From assembly GCA_963813075.1 (NCBI GenBank), contig CAWEXU010000030.1:32001-96000 (forward strand): a stretch of 64,000 bases of DNA. The letters are read 5' to 3'. Positions 42,225 through 52,487 of the stretch are shown here, one piece after another. Each line of letters begins with the position of its first letter. Position 1 is the first letter of the stretch. The stretch comes from Methanotrichaceae archaeon. GTDB taxonomy: Archaea > Halobacteriota > Methanosarcinia > Methanotrichales > Methanotrichaceae. Made by a program: the position numbers and the translations under genes. The notes beneath the pieces are model-generated. The model saw only the letters and a program-made list of their open reading frames with translations. It had not been told where the DNA came from and made no database searches.

Positions 42225-42563
42225 TTGACGGCGAAGGAGCTGGCCAGGATTCCAAGCCTGTGCTTTGATCACAGCTGGATTGGAGAGGAGATCATTTTCC
42301 TGCATCTATACAATGAAGAGAAGATGCACTGGTATTTAGCGGAGTACGGGCCGATCAACAAGAGGTTCTTCGGCTTTTATGTGAATAAGGCCGATGGAAT
42401 CGCCTCGGGGTACTGCAGCCTCGATGACATCCTGGCCTATGAGAAAAGGGGCGCGGGCTGGGTCCCACTGGTCGATGAAGAATGGAAGACGGTGGCGGCG
42501 CGGGAGATCCCCATCCTGACAGAGTACATCAAATTGATGATAACTCAGCCCGATATCACATGA
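42225..42563 (+). CDS. Hypothetical protein, weak DUF2958-like signature; true start may be TTG 42200 with an indel
   Basis: WYLAEY...FFGF...GYCSLDDI pattern; GGAGG at ~42192. Confidence 0.6.
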   Translation: MTAKELARIPSLCFDHSWIGEEIIFLHLYNEEKMHWYLAEYGPINKRFFGFYVNKADGIASGYCSLDDILAYEKRGAGWVPLVDEEWKTVAAREIPILTEYIKLMITQPDIT

Positions 42564-42714
42564 TCAGCAGGATCTCGCACTTTCAGCCAGAAGAGATCTG
42601 AATAATGACGGTTTGAGATCCAGGATTGCTGAGCATCCAGGACAGGCCCCCATCCAGGTCGATGGGGATTTGGATCGAAACAGTTAAGTTCAAGCTGTGA
42701 GACTAAGGGGCTGG

Positions 42715-42812
42715 GCGTCGATGGTCTAGTGGTTATGACTTGGGCCTTCCAGGCAGATCAATAGAATCTGCGAAGCAAGCCTACAACCCGGGTTCGAATC
42801 CCGGTCGACGCA
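42715..42812 (+). tRNA. tRNA-Gly(TCC) with 26-nt intron at 37/38 (42752-42777)
   Basis: Acceptor GCGTCGA/TCGACGC, GGTTCGAATCCC, anticodon stem TGGGC/GCCTA; BHB helix CTTC/GAAG plus intron stem GCAGAT/ATCTGC. Confidence 0.92.
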
Positions 42813-42919
42813 CTTGTTCTTTCATCTTTTCCGGATCGATTCCTCCGCCAGTTGCTGATACGTTAAATGCCGAATTATTTTCGCTACATTTATATCCTAG
42901 TTTCACCAGTTAATCCTTT

Positions 42920-43639
42920 ATGAATTCCGGTGGGGAGATCTCCAACGCACGAGGATTACTGGCAGAGAAGATTGCAGGCGAGATCACCTTGTCCCAAACC
43001 CCGGCGATACCTTGAGGAAGTGGCGGCGCAACTTCGGCATAACCCAAACCGACCTCTCCAATCACCTGAAAATATCACCTTCTGTGATCTCAGACTATGA
43101 GAGCGGCAGGAGGAAGTCCCCAGGCATAATGATCGTCAGCAGGATAATCGATGCCCTGCTCAGGCTGGATGAGAGCCGGGGCTGCAATGTCCTGCGCGCC
43201 TATGAGGACATGTGGGGAGACATGCTGGGGCTGGACTCCATCTGCAGCGTCTGCGAGTATCAAGACCCCCTCCCTCTGAACGATATCGCCCGCAAGCTTG
43301 ATGCGGAGATCATCTTTGGCCGGACGGATATCACCATCTGGGGCTATACGTTGATCGATAGCGTGAAAGCCATTGTGGAGATGCTGCCCGACCAATTCCA
43401 GAAGATCTATGGGAGGAGCACTGCCCGAGCGCTGATATTCACCGGCGTTCATTCCGGCCGGTCGAGCATGGTGGCAGTGCGGGTGAGCAACCTGAAGCCA
43501 GGAGCTGTGGTCCTGCAGGGGATGGAACCAACCGATGTGGACCCAATCGCAGTCAAGGATCGCCGAGGTTGAAAATATACCCCTCTTGACGACACATTTT
43601 TCCGTGGATGAGATCACCAGTGCTCTGAGCAAAGGGTGA
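42920..43639 (+). CDS. Archaeal XRE/HTH transcriptional regulator, with two indels (~43000, ~43558)
   Basis: EKIAGEI.LS..PG.TLRKWR, SPSVISDYESGRRKSPG, GYT.IDS.KAI, RALIFT.V..GRS.MVA.RV motifs; tail IAEVENIPLL in the next frame. Confidence 0.8.
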
Positions 43640-43645
43640 AATCCA

Positions 43646-44682
43646 TTGGTCTCGGGTATTGTCAGCTACGGGGTCTATATTCCCCGGTTCAGGATACGGA
43701 CAGATGAGATCGCCAGGGTCTGGGGAGACGGCGACGATATATCCCAGAGCCTGCGGGTCTTTGAGAAATCCGTGCCCGATCTGGATGAGGACGCAGTGAC
43801 CATCGCGGTGGAGGCAGCCAGGAGCGCCTGGATCGCGCCAATGTGGATCCGAAGCGGATCGGGGCCATCTATACCGGCTCGGAGAGCCATCCCTATGCGG
43901 TCAAGCCATCGGGGACGATCGTTGGCCAGGCGGTATGCACCTCATCCTCCTTCACCACTGCGGACTTCGAGTTCGCCTGCAAGGCGGGGACTGCGGCCAT
44001 TCAGGCATGTCTGGGCCTGGTGAGCTCCGGTTATATCGATCTGGGCCTGGCCATAGGTGCGGACGTCAGCCAGGGAGCGCCGGGGGATATGCTCGAATAC
44101 ACCGCGGCCGCGGGCGGGGCGGCATATTTGATAGGCAGCAGGGATCTGGCGGCGGAGATCGAGGGCTTTTATTCCTTTACCACTGACACCCCGGACTTCT
44201 GGAGGAGAGAAGGCATGCCCTATCCAGAGCACAGCGGGAGGTTCACCGGCGAGCCCGCCTACTTCAAGCATGTCAGCAGTGCCGCCACGGGATTGATGGA
44301 GAGGATGAAAACCAGGCCCGAGGACTATGACTATGCCGTCTTCCACCAGCCCAATGGCAAGTTCCCGGTGCGGGTGGCCAGGATGCTGGGCTTTTCCAAA
44401 AAGCAGATCGAGCCGGGGCTGATTGTGCCCATGATTGGAAACACCTATTCTGCCTCCTGCCTCCTCGGCCTGGCCGCCACCCTGGACATCGCCCGGCCGG
44501 GAGAGAGGATATTTGTCACCAGCTTTGGCTCCGGTGCAGGGAGCGATGCCTTCAGCATCAGGGTGCTGGACAGAATTGAGGACATCCGCTGCAATGCACC
44601 GAGCGTTCGCGACTATATCGGCGATGCCGAGTATCTTGACTATGCAATGTATGCCAAACACAAGGGCAAGCTGAGAGTATGA
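43646..44682 (+). CDS. Hydroxymethylglutaryl-CoA synthase, with a -1 indel at ~43828
   Basis: [35 protein letters not shown] and GNTYS motifs. Confidence 0.92.
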
Positions 44683-45842
44683 GGTCTGTATCTATTATCG
44701 GTGTAGGTTGCACCAGGTTCGGGGAGAGATGGGACTGTTCTCTGCGCGACATGATCGCCGAGGCAGGGGTCCTGGCTATTGAGGACGCAGAGATCACCGG
44801 AGAGCAGATAGACGCTCTATATGTAGGCAATATGAGCGGGGGACGGTTCATAGAGCAGGAGCATATCGGTGCGCTTATCGCCGACTGCGCCGGTCTCTCC
44901 CGGCTGCATGTCCCCTCCACCCGGGTGGAGGCAGCCTGCGCCTCAGGAGGTCTGGCCCTCCGTCAGGCGGTCCTGGCGGTAGCCAGCGGCTACTGCGATA
45001 TCGTCATCGCTGCTGGGGTCGAGAAGATGACCGACGTCTCCTCGGGCACTGCCGCGGACGCTCTGGCTGCAGCAGCAGACCGGGAGTGGGAGTGCTTCTT
45101 TGGTGCCACGTTCCCGGCGCTTTATGCCATGATGGCCAAGATGCATATGCGCCGATACGGCACCACCCACGACCAGATGGCCCAGGTGGCTGTGAAAAAT
45201 CACCATCATGCCTGCATGAATCCCATCGCCCAGTATCAGATGGAGATCGACATCGAGGACGTGGACAGGTCCTCGATGGTGGCCGATCCCTTGCATGTGC
45301 TGGACTGCTCGCCCATATCCGATGGGGCCTCAGTGGTGGTCCTGGCACCTACCGAGACTGCCCGCAAGTTCTCCGATACCCCCATCAAGATCGTGGGCTG
45401 CGCTCAGGCCAGCGATACTCTGGCCCTGCATGACCGCCGCGACCTGACCACCCTGGATGCCACCGTCCATGCCGGGCGGGCTGCCTTCCGCCAGGCAGGG
45501 ATAGAGCCCCGTCAGGTGGATGTGGCCGAGGTCCATGACTGCTTCACCATTGGCGAGATCCTGGCGATCGAAGACCTGGGATTTGTGGAGAAGGGCCAGG
45601 GGGGCAGGGCAACGGAAGAAGGGCTGACCGCATTGGATGGAGAGATTGCCGTCAACACCTCTGGCGGACTGAAGGCCTGCGGCCATCCGGTGGGTGCCAC
45701 CGGGATCAAGCAGGCCTATGAGATCGCCCTGCAGCTGAGAGGAGAGGCAGGACGCCGCCAGGTCGATGAGGTGGAGATCGGCCTTGCCCACAATGTGGGC
45801 GGGTCGGGGGGAACGGCCCTGGTCCATATATTCACGAGGTAA
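44679..45842 (+). CDS. Acetoacetyl-CoA thiolase
   Basis: [24 protein letters not shown] and HNVGGSG motifs; between HMG-CoA synthase and DUF35. Confidence 0.92.
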   Translation: MRSVSIIGVGCTRFGERWDCSLRDMIAEAGVLAIEDAEITGEQIDALYVGNMSGGRFIEQEHIGALIADCAGLSRLHVPSTRVEAACASGGLALRQAVLAVASGYCDIVIAAGVEKMTDVSSGTAADALAAAADREWECFFGATFPALYAMMAKMHMRRYGTTHDQMAQVAVKNHHHACMNPIAQYQMEIDIEDVDRSSMVADPLHVLDCSPISDGASVVVLAPTETARKFSDTPIKIVGCAQASDTLALHDRRDLTTLDATVHAGRAAFRQAGIEPRQVDVAEVHDCFTIGEILAIEDLGFVEKGQGGRATEEGLTALDGEIAVNTSGGLKACGHPVGATGIKQAYEIALQLRGEAGRRQVDEVEIGLAHNVGGSGGTALVHIFTR

Positions 45843-45844
45843 AG

Positions 45845-46294
45845 ATGACGACCCAAGCTCCCAGATTCTGGCGAAGCATACCTCAGAGATACAATCTCTT
45901 GGGAACGCATTGCAATAGCTGCAACGAATACTTCTTTCCTCCCCGAAACCTCTGCCCCAACTGCAGACGGGGCGCTCACCTGGAGAGCCATGCCTTCAAG
46001 GGCACCGGGACCATCATCACCTACACCACCATCTACAATGCCACTGACGACTTCGAGAGGCTCACCCCCTACAATCTGGCCATAATCCAGCTGGACGAAG
46101 GGCCCAAGATCACCGGCCAGATCGTATCCAGCCAGCAGGAGGTTAAGATTGGGATGAGGGTCCGGGCTGTCTTCAGAATCCTGGGAAAAGAGGGTGAGCG
46201 GGGCATAATCTATTATGGCACGAAGTTCGCACCCTTGATTGAGCCGGGCTGCCTGGATCGAGATGGAAAGGAAGAGAAAGAGCATTCGGCCTGA
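45845..46294 (+). CDS. DUF35 Zn-ribbon/OB-fold scaffold protein
   Basis: CNSC..FFPPR..CPNC and IYYG.KF motifs. Confidence 0.9.
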   Translation: MTTQAPRFWRSIPQRYNLLGTHCNSCNEYFFPPRNLCPNCRRGAHLESHAFKGTGTIITYTTIYNATDDFERLTPYNLAIIQLDEGPKITGQIVSSQQEVKIGMRVRAVFRILGKEGERGIIYYGTKFAPLIEPGCLDRDGKEEKEHSA

Positions 46295-46364
46295 AAGAGG
46301 AGGGATGATATCCCCTGGCCGGGCTATCTGGCCCTTTTAGGGCAATGTTATCAAGCGGCCCCCT

Positions 46365-46631
46365 CTATGTCAGGACCCTCGCTGATCCCAGAATGCTTTT
46401 ATCATCGGAATCGCCATCTGTGGTGAAGAGGACCGGCGCGGTCTTGATGACACTTTGCTCCTCGTTTATTTCGCGAATCATCTGAGCCAGGCCCTTTTTG
46501 CCATCGGCCTGCATCACCAGGAAGAAATCGTATTCGCCAAAGAGGCGATAGATATCCACAACTTCCGGCTTTTTTTGAAGATAATCATAGGCCGATCGCT
46601 CCTGGCCGCACTGGACCTTGATCATCGTCAT
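46365..46631 (-). CDS. Stand-alone Lrp/AsnC ligand-binding domain protein
   Basis: PEV..IY.LFGEYD motif. Confidence 0.8.
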   Translation of the reverse strand: MTMIKVQCGQERSAYDYLQKKPEVVDIYRLFGEYDFFLVMQADGKKGLAQMIREINEEQSVIKTAPVLFTTDGDSDDKSILGSARVLT

Positions 46632-46788
46632 CGCAATTACTATTCAAATACCCCCACAAGTGTTTTGCAGATGTAGTATCATTATATATATAAATCTTGC
46701 TTAAATTATCTTTCGAACAGATGGTACTGAGATTTCATTTGATATTTTGAGGTAAGGCATAAATACTTTATAAATTCTATTATGAACT

Positions 46789-47907
46789 ATGAGGACGGGA
46801 TCTTTCGCGCTATGTCTGTTTATGCTTCTCATATGCTCCCAGGGAATGGGTTGTGCAGCGACGAATGAAGCATCCGTGGGTACCGCATCATTGGACACAG
46901 TATCAGTTAGTACACCATCAGCGGCCTCAGAATCACCGGGCAATGAAACCCGAGACATTGCAGGGATGAACTCCTCATCACCGGAAAGCTCTGTGAATAT
47001 TGAAATCCCCAGCAGGATTGCCCTGGAGGGATGCGAGCAGATTCAATTGCCGAGAATGGGCCCGGTCCTGCGAGTGGGTCTGACCTCCCGGGATCTGCTT
47101 ATATCAGAGGGGCTTGCCGTCTATTCTCAGGGGTTGCCGATACAGGGGAGGATCGATCTCTCCAGAGAACGGGATGATCTTGCGATCGCTAACGGATCGG
47201 ACATCCAGGTCTGCATAGCACCACTCAGCCTCAAAGGATATCTGGCAGGAGATCCGGGCGAGTTGAAGCCCTCAGGGGATACGATCTGCACTGAGGCCGG
47301 GGTGTGGAATGGCAGGGATATTGATAGCACGGAGAAGAGGGCCAATCTGTCTTTCAGCATCTCTGCAGACAGGATGGCCGGGAGGAGAAGCGGCCTGTAT
47401 GCAGTATATGCTATTGACGGGAATCGATCAATTATTGCCCCTGCCCAGGCCCTCTTCTTGACAGAGGGTGAGGCGATCCTGCAATTGGGAGATAGCATTC
47501 ATCCAGAGAACTCATCCATCAAGATCAATCTGAGCACCGGGAGCGAAAAAGAGAGAAAGAGGCTATTTGCGGCGGCCATTATGCCGCGCAAAGAATATGA
47601 AAACGCCACAATAAGGCTGGTCGCGAATGAATCAAACCCCTGGCCGGTTCTCGCTTTATCCTCAAGCACCAGATCCATGGAGATCGTGGCCAATCCCGCT
47701 ACTGCTTATAAGCAGCTTATGGATATGATCTCCCTCCTGCCGGAAGATAGCGCCATAAGCATGCAGGAATCGGCCCAATCCTCCGTCGAGCTCGTCCTTC
47801 TGGCGGATGGGCCCTGGAAGAAGGGGGAGTATGTGATCAATTGCGCCATCTACTCACCAGCAGTCGGGCTGGAGGGCTTGAAGCAGAGTATTGTAGAAGT
47901 GGTTTAA
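46789..47907 (+). CDS. Secreted methanogen extracellular protein (TIGR04279-like)
   Basis: Signal peptide; 372-aa ORF; C-terminal KKGEYVI.CAIYS...GLKQ..VEV; family call from recall only. Confidence 0.55.
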   Translation: MRTGSFALCLFMLLICSQGMGCAATNEASVGTASLDTVSVSTPSAASESPGNETRDIAGMNSSSPESSVNIEIPSRIALEGCEQIQLPRMGPVLRVGLTSRDLLISEGLAVYSQGLPIQGRIDLSRERDDLAIANGSDIQVCIAPLSLKGYLAGDPGELKPSGDTICTEAGVWNGRDIDSTEKRANLSFSISADRMAGRRSGLYAVYAIDGNRSIIAPAQALFLTEGEAILQLGDSIHPENSSIKINLSTGSEKERKRLFAAAIMPRKEYENATIRLVANESNPWPVLALSSSTRSMEIVANPATAYKQLMDMISLLPEDSAISMQESAQSSVELVLLADGPWKKGEYVINCAIYSPAVGLEGLKQSIVEVV

Positions 47908-48215
47908 CCAGCCTTTGCCCTTCAACTCAATCTTTTTATTTTCAGAATTATCAGTCAAATTAATTTAGTAGTTAAAGCGTGAGGTTTTTATCTGATATCA
48001 GACTCAATAGGATTGTGAATCCGGGATAATTTGCAGAAAAATTTAAGAATAATATGAAGAAGATGTCTGAGAGACTAATTAATTTAATGCAAATTATTTA
48101 GAGATGAATCCCTGACTATCAGCGACAGAGAAAAGGTTCATTCATCAACAATAGCTATAATGCAGATAAAAGTGCCAGAGTGATCTGGAGAATGCTGCGA
48201 GGGGAGGAAGGGAAT

Positions 48216-49044
48216 ATGCCAAAGGATGTGGAATGGATAAGGAATGGGGGCAGGGGCCTGGCCAAAGCCCTTGCCATCAGTTTAATGCTGATTTTCATAT
48301 TTATATCGCCAGGAATCTCATTTGAGCTGTCCGATACCAGCGTTACCGCCGGGAAGAATTTGATCATAACCGGGACGAGCGAGCCTAACAGCGAAAATGA
48401 CGTTTCTCAGCAGCTTTACCATGAATCTGCCTGTGAGCTCGGGGAAGTACAGCTTTGAGACTGAGGTTAGAGTTCCCAATAAGCCAAATCGCTTTGCGGT
48501 TACGGCCAGAAACGTGCAGAACCTGGATGCAGCGGTGAAGATGGGCATCTGGATCACCAAGAGCTTCGACGCAAGCGGCGGGGTGGTGTATCTATCCGGG
48601 GATGACATTCCCCCAGGGAGGTACAGGCTCAAGGTATCAGGCACTGCAATACCGGGAAAGAGCGAGGTTCCCATAACCGTCGAGGCCGAGACCAGGGCCC
48701 TGGCTGACTCCAAGGGGAGGTACAGGCTGGCCATCGATACCACCGGCATACCGGAGGGTGAGTACCTGATCGAGGGAGATGGCGATGCGAAGACCGTCCG
48801 CATACTGAGCAAGAATAAGCCCCCATCGCGGGCTTCAGATAGCAATGAGGCGGAGAAGGAGACAGGAGCAGATAAGGATAAAAATGGGGTGATGCCCGGC
48901 GCGCCTGCCAGCTCCGTCAGTGAAATAGAGGGCGACGAATCGGTCCAAAATGAGGTGCTCGCAGAGGAGAAAGCCACCCCGCAAGAGGAATCCGGCCAGA
49001 GCAAGGGAGTGGTGGACAGGCTGGCAGAATGGTTGGGGCTATAG
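48216..49044 (+). CDS. Secreted hypothetical protein, with a +1 indel at ~48396
   Basis: Signal-bearing ORF 48180-48458 joins ORF 48397-49044 on removing one A from GAAAATG. Confidence 0.65.
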
Positions 49045-49071
49045 GCAGCGGATATTAGGGGGAATGAGAGG

Positions 49072-50070
49072 ATGAACAGAGATCTAGAGAGCCTGCCAGC
49101 AGATCTCCTGGCAGCAGCAATAATGGCCCTGGCAGTTCTGCTCTTCACCCTCACCCCTTTGAGCGGCCTGGTCCTGCGAATACCCATCGGCCTATTGATG
49201 GTGCTCTTTGTGCCGGGGTACGTGCTCATCGCCGCCCTCTTTCCCAGGGCAGGAGACCTGGATGGGATTGAGAGGATTGCTCTCGGCTTCGGCCTGAGCA
49301 TCGCCGTGGTTCCTCTGATCGGCCTTGGCCTCAACTACACCCCCTGGGGAATCAGGCTGATACCGGTGGTCATATCCATCTCCGCCTTCACCCTGCTTAT
49401 GGCTGCGGCTGCCTACTGGCGGCGCACATCTCTTCCTCCGGAGGAGAGGTTCTCCATTCACCTCCGCCAGTGGACCGACTCCTTAAAGGAGGAGATCAGA
49501 GCGGAGGGGGAGAGGAGCTGGGTGGATAAGGCCTTAACTGTAATTCTGATACTGTCCATAATCGCCTCCGTCGCCGCCCTGGTCTATGTGGTGGTCACTC
49601 CCAAAGAGGGGGAGAAGTTCACCGAGTTTTATATCCTGGGCCCGGGGGGCAAGGCCTATGACTATCCGACGGAGGTCAGGGCAGGAAACAACAGCACTTT
49701 GATCGTGGGGGTGGTCAACCATGAGTACCGGCTGACCAACTATACTATGGAGATTCAATTGAACAATACCCCCCCAATCGATATTCTGCTGAACGGCACA
49801 GAGAACAACAGCCTGAATAATGCCACCACTATGTTGAGCGCACTGGAATACGACCGATCAGCCCTCATCGTACCCATACTGAAGATGAACCTCAGCCTGC
49901 CGCACAACGAGACCTGGGAGCGGAATGTGTCCTACGTCCTGGATGAGCCGGGGGACCGGCAGAAGCTGCAGTTCCTCCTCTACAAAGAGGGCAATTTCAC
50001 CGCCGCCTACAGAGACCTGCATCTATGGGTCAATGTGACAGAGAGGGACTTTGAGAGACCATTAAGATAG
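49072..50070 (+). CDS. DUF1616 membrane protein
   Basis: LFVPGY..AALFP, ERIAL.FGLS, EKFTEFYILG...KA.DYP, LHLWVNV. Confidence 0.85.
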   Translation: MNRDLESLPADLLAAAIMALAVLLFTLTPLSGLVLRIPIGLLMVLFVPGYVLIAALFPRAGDLDGIERIALGFGLSIAVVPLIGLGLNYTPWGIRLIPVVISISAFTLLMAAAAYWRRTSLPPEERFSIHLRQWTDSLKEEIRAEGERSWVDKALTVILILSIIASVAALVYVVVTPKEGEKFTEFYILGPGGKAYDYPTEVRAGNNSTLIVGVVNHEYRLTNYTMEIQLNNTPPIDILLNGTENNSLNNATTMLSALEYDRSALIVPILKMNLSLPHNETWERNVSYVLDEPGDRQKLQFLLYKEGNFTAAYRDLHLWVNVTERDFERPLR

Positions 50071-50075
50071 AGAAT

Positions 50076-50219
50076 TCACGGGCTTTTAGCCACAGCAGGG
50101 GATGGATCCGTGGATGGGTCCTCCCCCGGACTCTCCGTCAGATCAAGCCGGCCCAACTCTTTGATCTTGAGCTTTTCTATCTCTTCGCGAAACTCCATAT
50201 AGCTCTCAAAGCAGCTCAT
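50076..50219 (-). CDS. Small hypothetical protein (47 aa)
   Basis: GGGAGGTGG directly before ATG; MSCFESYMEFREEIEKLKIKELGRLDL...; below the ORF-track cutoff. Confidence 0.5.
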   Translation of the reverse strand: MSCFESYMEFREEIEKLKIKELGRLDLTESPGEDPSTDPSPAVAKSP

Positions 50220-50366
50220 ATCCACCTCCCAGGATGAAATCAGCCTATTCTAAGGCCCATTCTCATGGCCTATTCTCTTGACAGCTCATTCCTGTCCTAT
50301 AATTATATATCCGTTCTCATTCACAATACCCCTTTACGATATCCAGTGGCATTTAGGGGAAGAGAT

Positions 50367-50759
50367 ATGTTGGATCTGAGAACTAGGGTGGTGCAGCTGG
50401 CTGCCAGGGAGGAGATCTTTCAATTGATTGCCCAGGGGGCGCTGAAGGCGAGGGCGGGAAGGCTTGCTCCCGAATCCTCGATGCAGGTGGGAAGGTTCAA
50501 TATGATGGTGGTCGAGGACGAGAATGGCGAGGGATGTGCAGTCCAGTTCATCGAGAGCCGGAAGATGGTGGAGGAGCTGGCCCTGGAAAAGGCCCGTTGC
50601 CTGGATAAGAGTGCAGAGGAGTGGAGCGAGCACGAGCAGCGGGTGTGGCTGGAGGCCTTCTGTCGGGATCTGGGGCCGTATCTTTTTAAGTGCAAGCACA
50701 TCCGGATGCGCATGGGGCCGGGAGAGAACATCACCTTCGAGATGCAGGTAAGCAAATAG
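50367..50759 (+). CDS. Hypothetical protein
   Basis: 130-aa ORF with coding-like composition and a TATA-like element upstream. Confidence 0.65.
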   Translation: MLDLRTRVVQLAAREEIFQLIAQGALKARAGRLAPESSMQVGRFNMMVVEDENGEGCAVQFIESRKMVEELALEKARCLDKSAEEWSEHEQRVWLEAFCRDLGPYLFKCKHIRMRMGPGENITFEMQVSK

Positions 50760-50837
50760 GCCAATCGCTTTTGGCGGACAAGCTAAAAATAGAAGGAAAT
50801 GAGCCGGTTGTACTGCCGGCAAAAGGCATGAGGGGAT

Positions 50838-51668
50838 ATGTCAGAACGACCAGCTGAGGAAAAAGGGGAAGCCCGGTTTACAAGATTGCTATATGGCTAC
50901 CAGCGCTCGCCGCTCGGCTCCATTGCCCCGGCCCGTCTTTCCCAACCCAGAGAGGTCGAGGGGGAAAAGTTTGCCTTCCGGCCCCTTCCGGTCAACGACC
51001 GCGGAGCAGATTATCATCAGCCCTGGAGCGGATATACTCCCAAATGCACCCTTGTCGATCAGGAGGACTGCAAGTACTATCCCGTCCAGACCGCCAATAT
51101 CAAGTTGAACGACATCTACAGCGGAATCGAGGTAGAGGGCGACCGCTGGATGCAGCTGGCCTGCCAGGCCGCGCGGGAGTCGGTGGAAGAGAAGGGCGGC
51201 CCATTTGCGGCGGTGATACTGCAGATCGATAATGACAGCAATCGGATCCTCAGGTACTGGGTAAATTACAACCAGGTTACCTCGGCAATTGACCCCACCG
51301 CCCATGCGGAGATAATGGCCATCCGCAGCGCCTGCGCCAGCCTGGGGGTCTTTGACCTGGGAAACATCAGGGAAAAGGAGGCAAAGCTTCCCCAGCCGGG
51401 TGATGTATCGCACTGCGTCATCTACAGCAGCGCAGAGCCCTGCCCCATGTGCTACTCTGCCATCTGCTGGGCCAATATTCCCATGCTCTTCTTCGCTGCC
51501 ACCCGCTTTGATGCCGCCGCCCAGGGAGTGGACTTCTCGGATGAGGCCATTTATGAGGAATTGGCCAAACCGTACTCTGAGCGTTTTGTCCGGGTCTATC
51601 AGTGCACAGTGGAAAACTCCCTTGACTCCTTCAACCTCTGGAAGGTCTCCAGGAAGATTCCCTATTGA
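50838..51668 (+). CDS. Zn-dependent nucleoside/guanine deaminase (CDA fold) with N-terminal extension
   Basis: GGPF.AVI, DPTAHAEI.AIR, SAEPCPMCYSAI.WA and GVDFSD motifs. Confidence 0.88.
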   Translation: MSERPAEEKGEARFTRLLYGYQRSPLGSIAPARLSQPREVEGEKFAFRPLPVNDRGADYHQPWSGYTPKCTLVDQEDCKYYPVQTANIKLNDIYSGIEVEGDRWMQLACQAARESVEEKGGPFAAVILQIDNDSNRILRYWVNYNQVTSAIDPTAHAEIMAIRSACASLGVFDLGNIREKEAKLPQPGDVSHCVIYSSAEPCPMCYSAICWANIPMLFFAATRFDAAAQGVDFSDEAIYEELAKPYSERFVRVYQCTVENSLDSFNLWKVSRKIPY

Positions 51669-51737
51669 GAAAAAATGGCGCCTGATTGCACACCCTCCGG
51701 TGTCAGGCGACCGAAAGTCAGATCGGGCACACCAAAT

Positions 51738-52442
51738 CTATAGCACGAATTGTTTTTGGCATTCAGGACAGCCACTATATTCCAGTGCATCAGGCGGAGC
51801 CTGTAATGCCCCCAATCTCATTAAAGATGCTGCAGAGCTCGCCCGAACTTTGGAGCTATTATCTTCCATCGACCTCATCAGCGGCTCAATTGCCTCCTTA
51901 TTTCCAGATCTGCCCAATGCCCATGCCACCTGTTCTCTGACCTGTGAGTCGCTATCCTCCATTGCATTTTTAAGCGAACCGAAGGAACGGCGGTCATTTA
52001 TCCATCCCAGGGACCAGGCAGCTCCTGCCCTGACATCAGCATCGGTATCATTGAGAGCTTTCAATAGGGGCTCGGTGGACCTGGGGTCCATCGTCCTTCC
52101 AAGAGTCCATGCCGCTTCTGCTCTAACCAGGGGATCTATATCATTCAACGCCAGGATAATCGGCTCATAAGAGGCACTATCGTTGATCTCCCCTAAGGCC
52201 CATATGGCTGCTGCCCGGATGCTGGCATTCTCATCATTTAGCAATTGGATCAATGGCTCAGCTGCTCCTGGCTCTTTTGCCTCACCCAGAACCAGTATCG
52301 CCTGGTTTTTGACGGCGGTGTCGCTGCTATTCAGGTCGCGAATATAGCGATCTGCGTCGTCTGCAGCATGAGCCAAAAAAGAAAATGCCGCAACCAACGA
52401 AATATATATAATTAAATACCTCAGCTTCATATTAAACCTCAT
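51738..52442 (-). CDS. Secreted HEAT-repeat (PBS lyase-like) protein
   Basis: Signal peptide; repeated L.D....VR..AAW.LG. Confidence 0.85.
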   Translation of the reverse strand: MRFNMKLRYLIIYISLVAAFSFLAHAADDADRYIRDLNSSDTAVKNQAILVLGEAKEPGAAEPLIQLLNDENASIRAAAIWALGEINDSASYEPIILALNDIDPLVRAEAAWTLGRTMDPRSTEPLLKALNDTDADVRAGAAWSLGWINDRRSFGSLKNAMEDSDSQVREQVAWALGRSGNKEAIEPLMRSMEDNSSKVRASSAASLMRLGALQAPPDALEYSGCPECQKQFVL

Positions 52443-52487
52443 GACCTCGTATATATTCCATCGCCCCTTTGTTCCCCGGGATCTATC

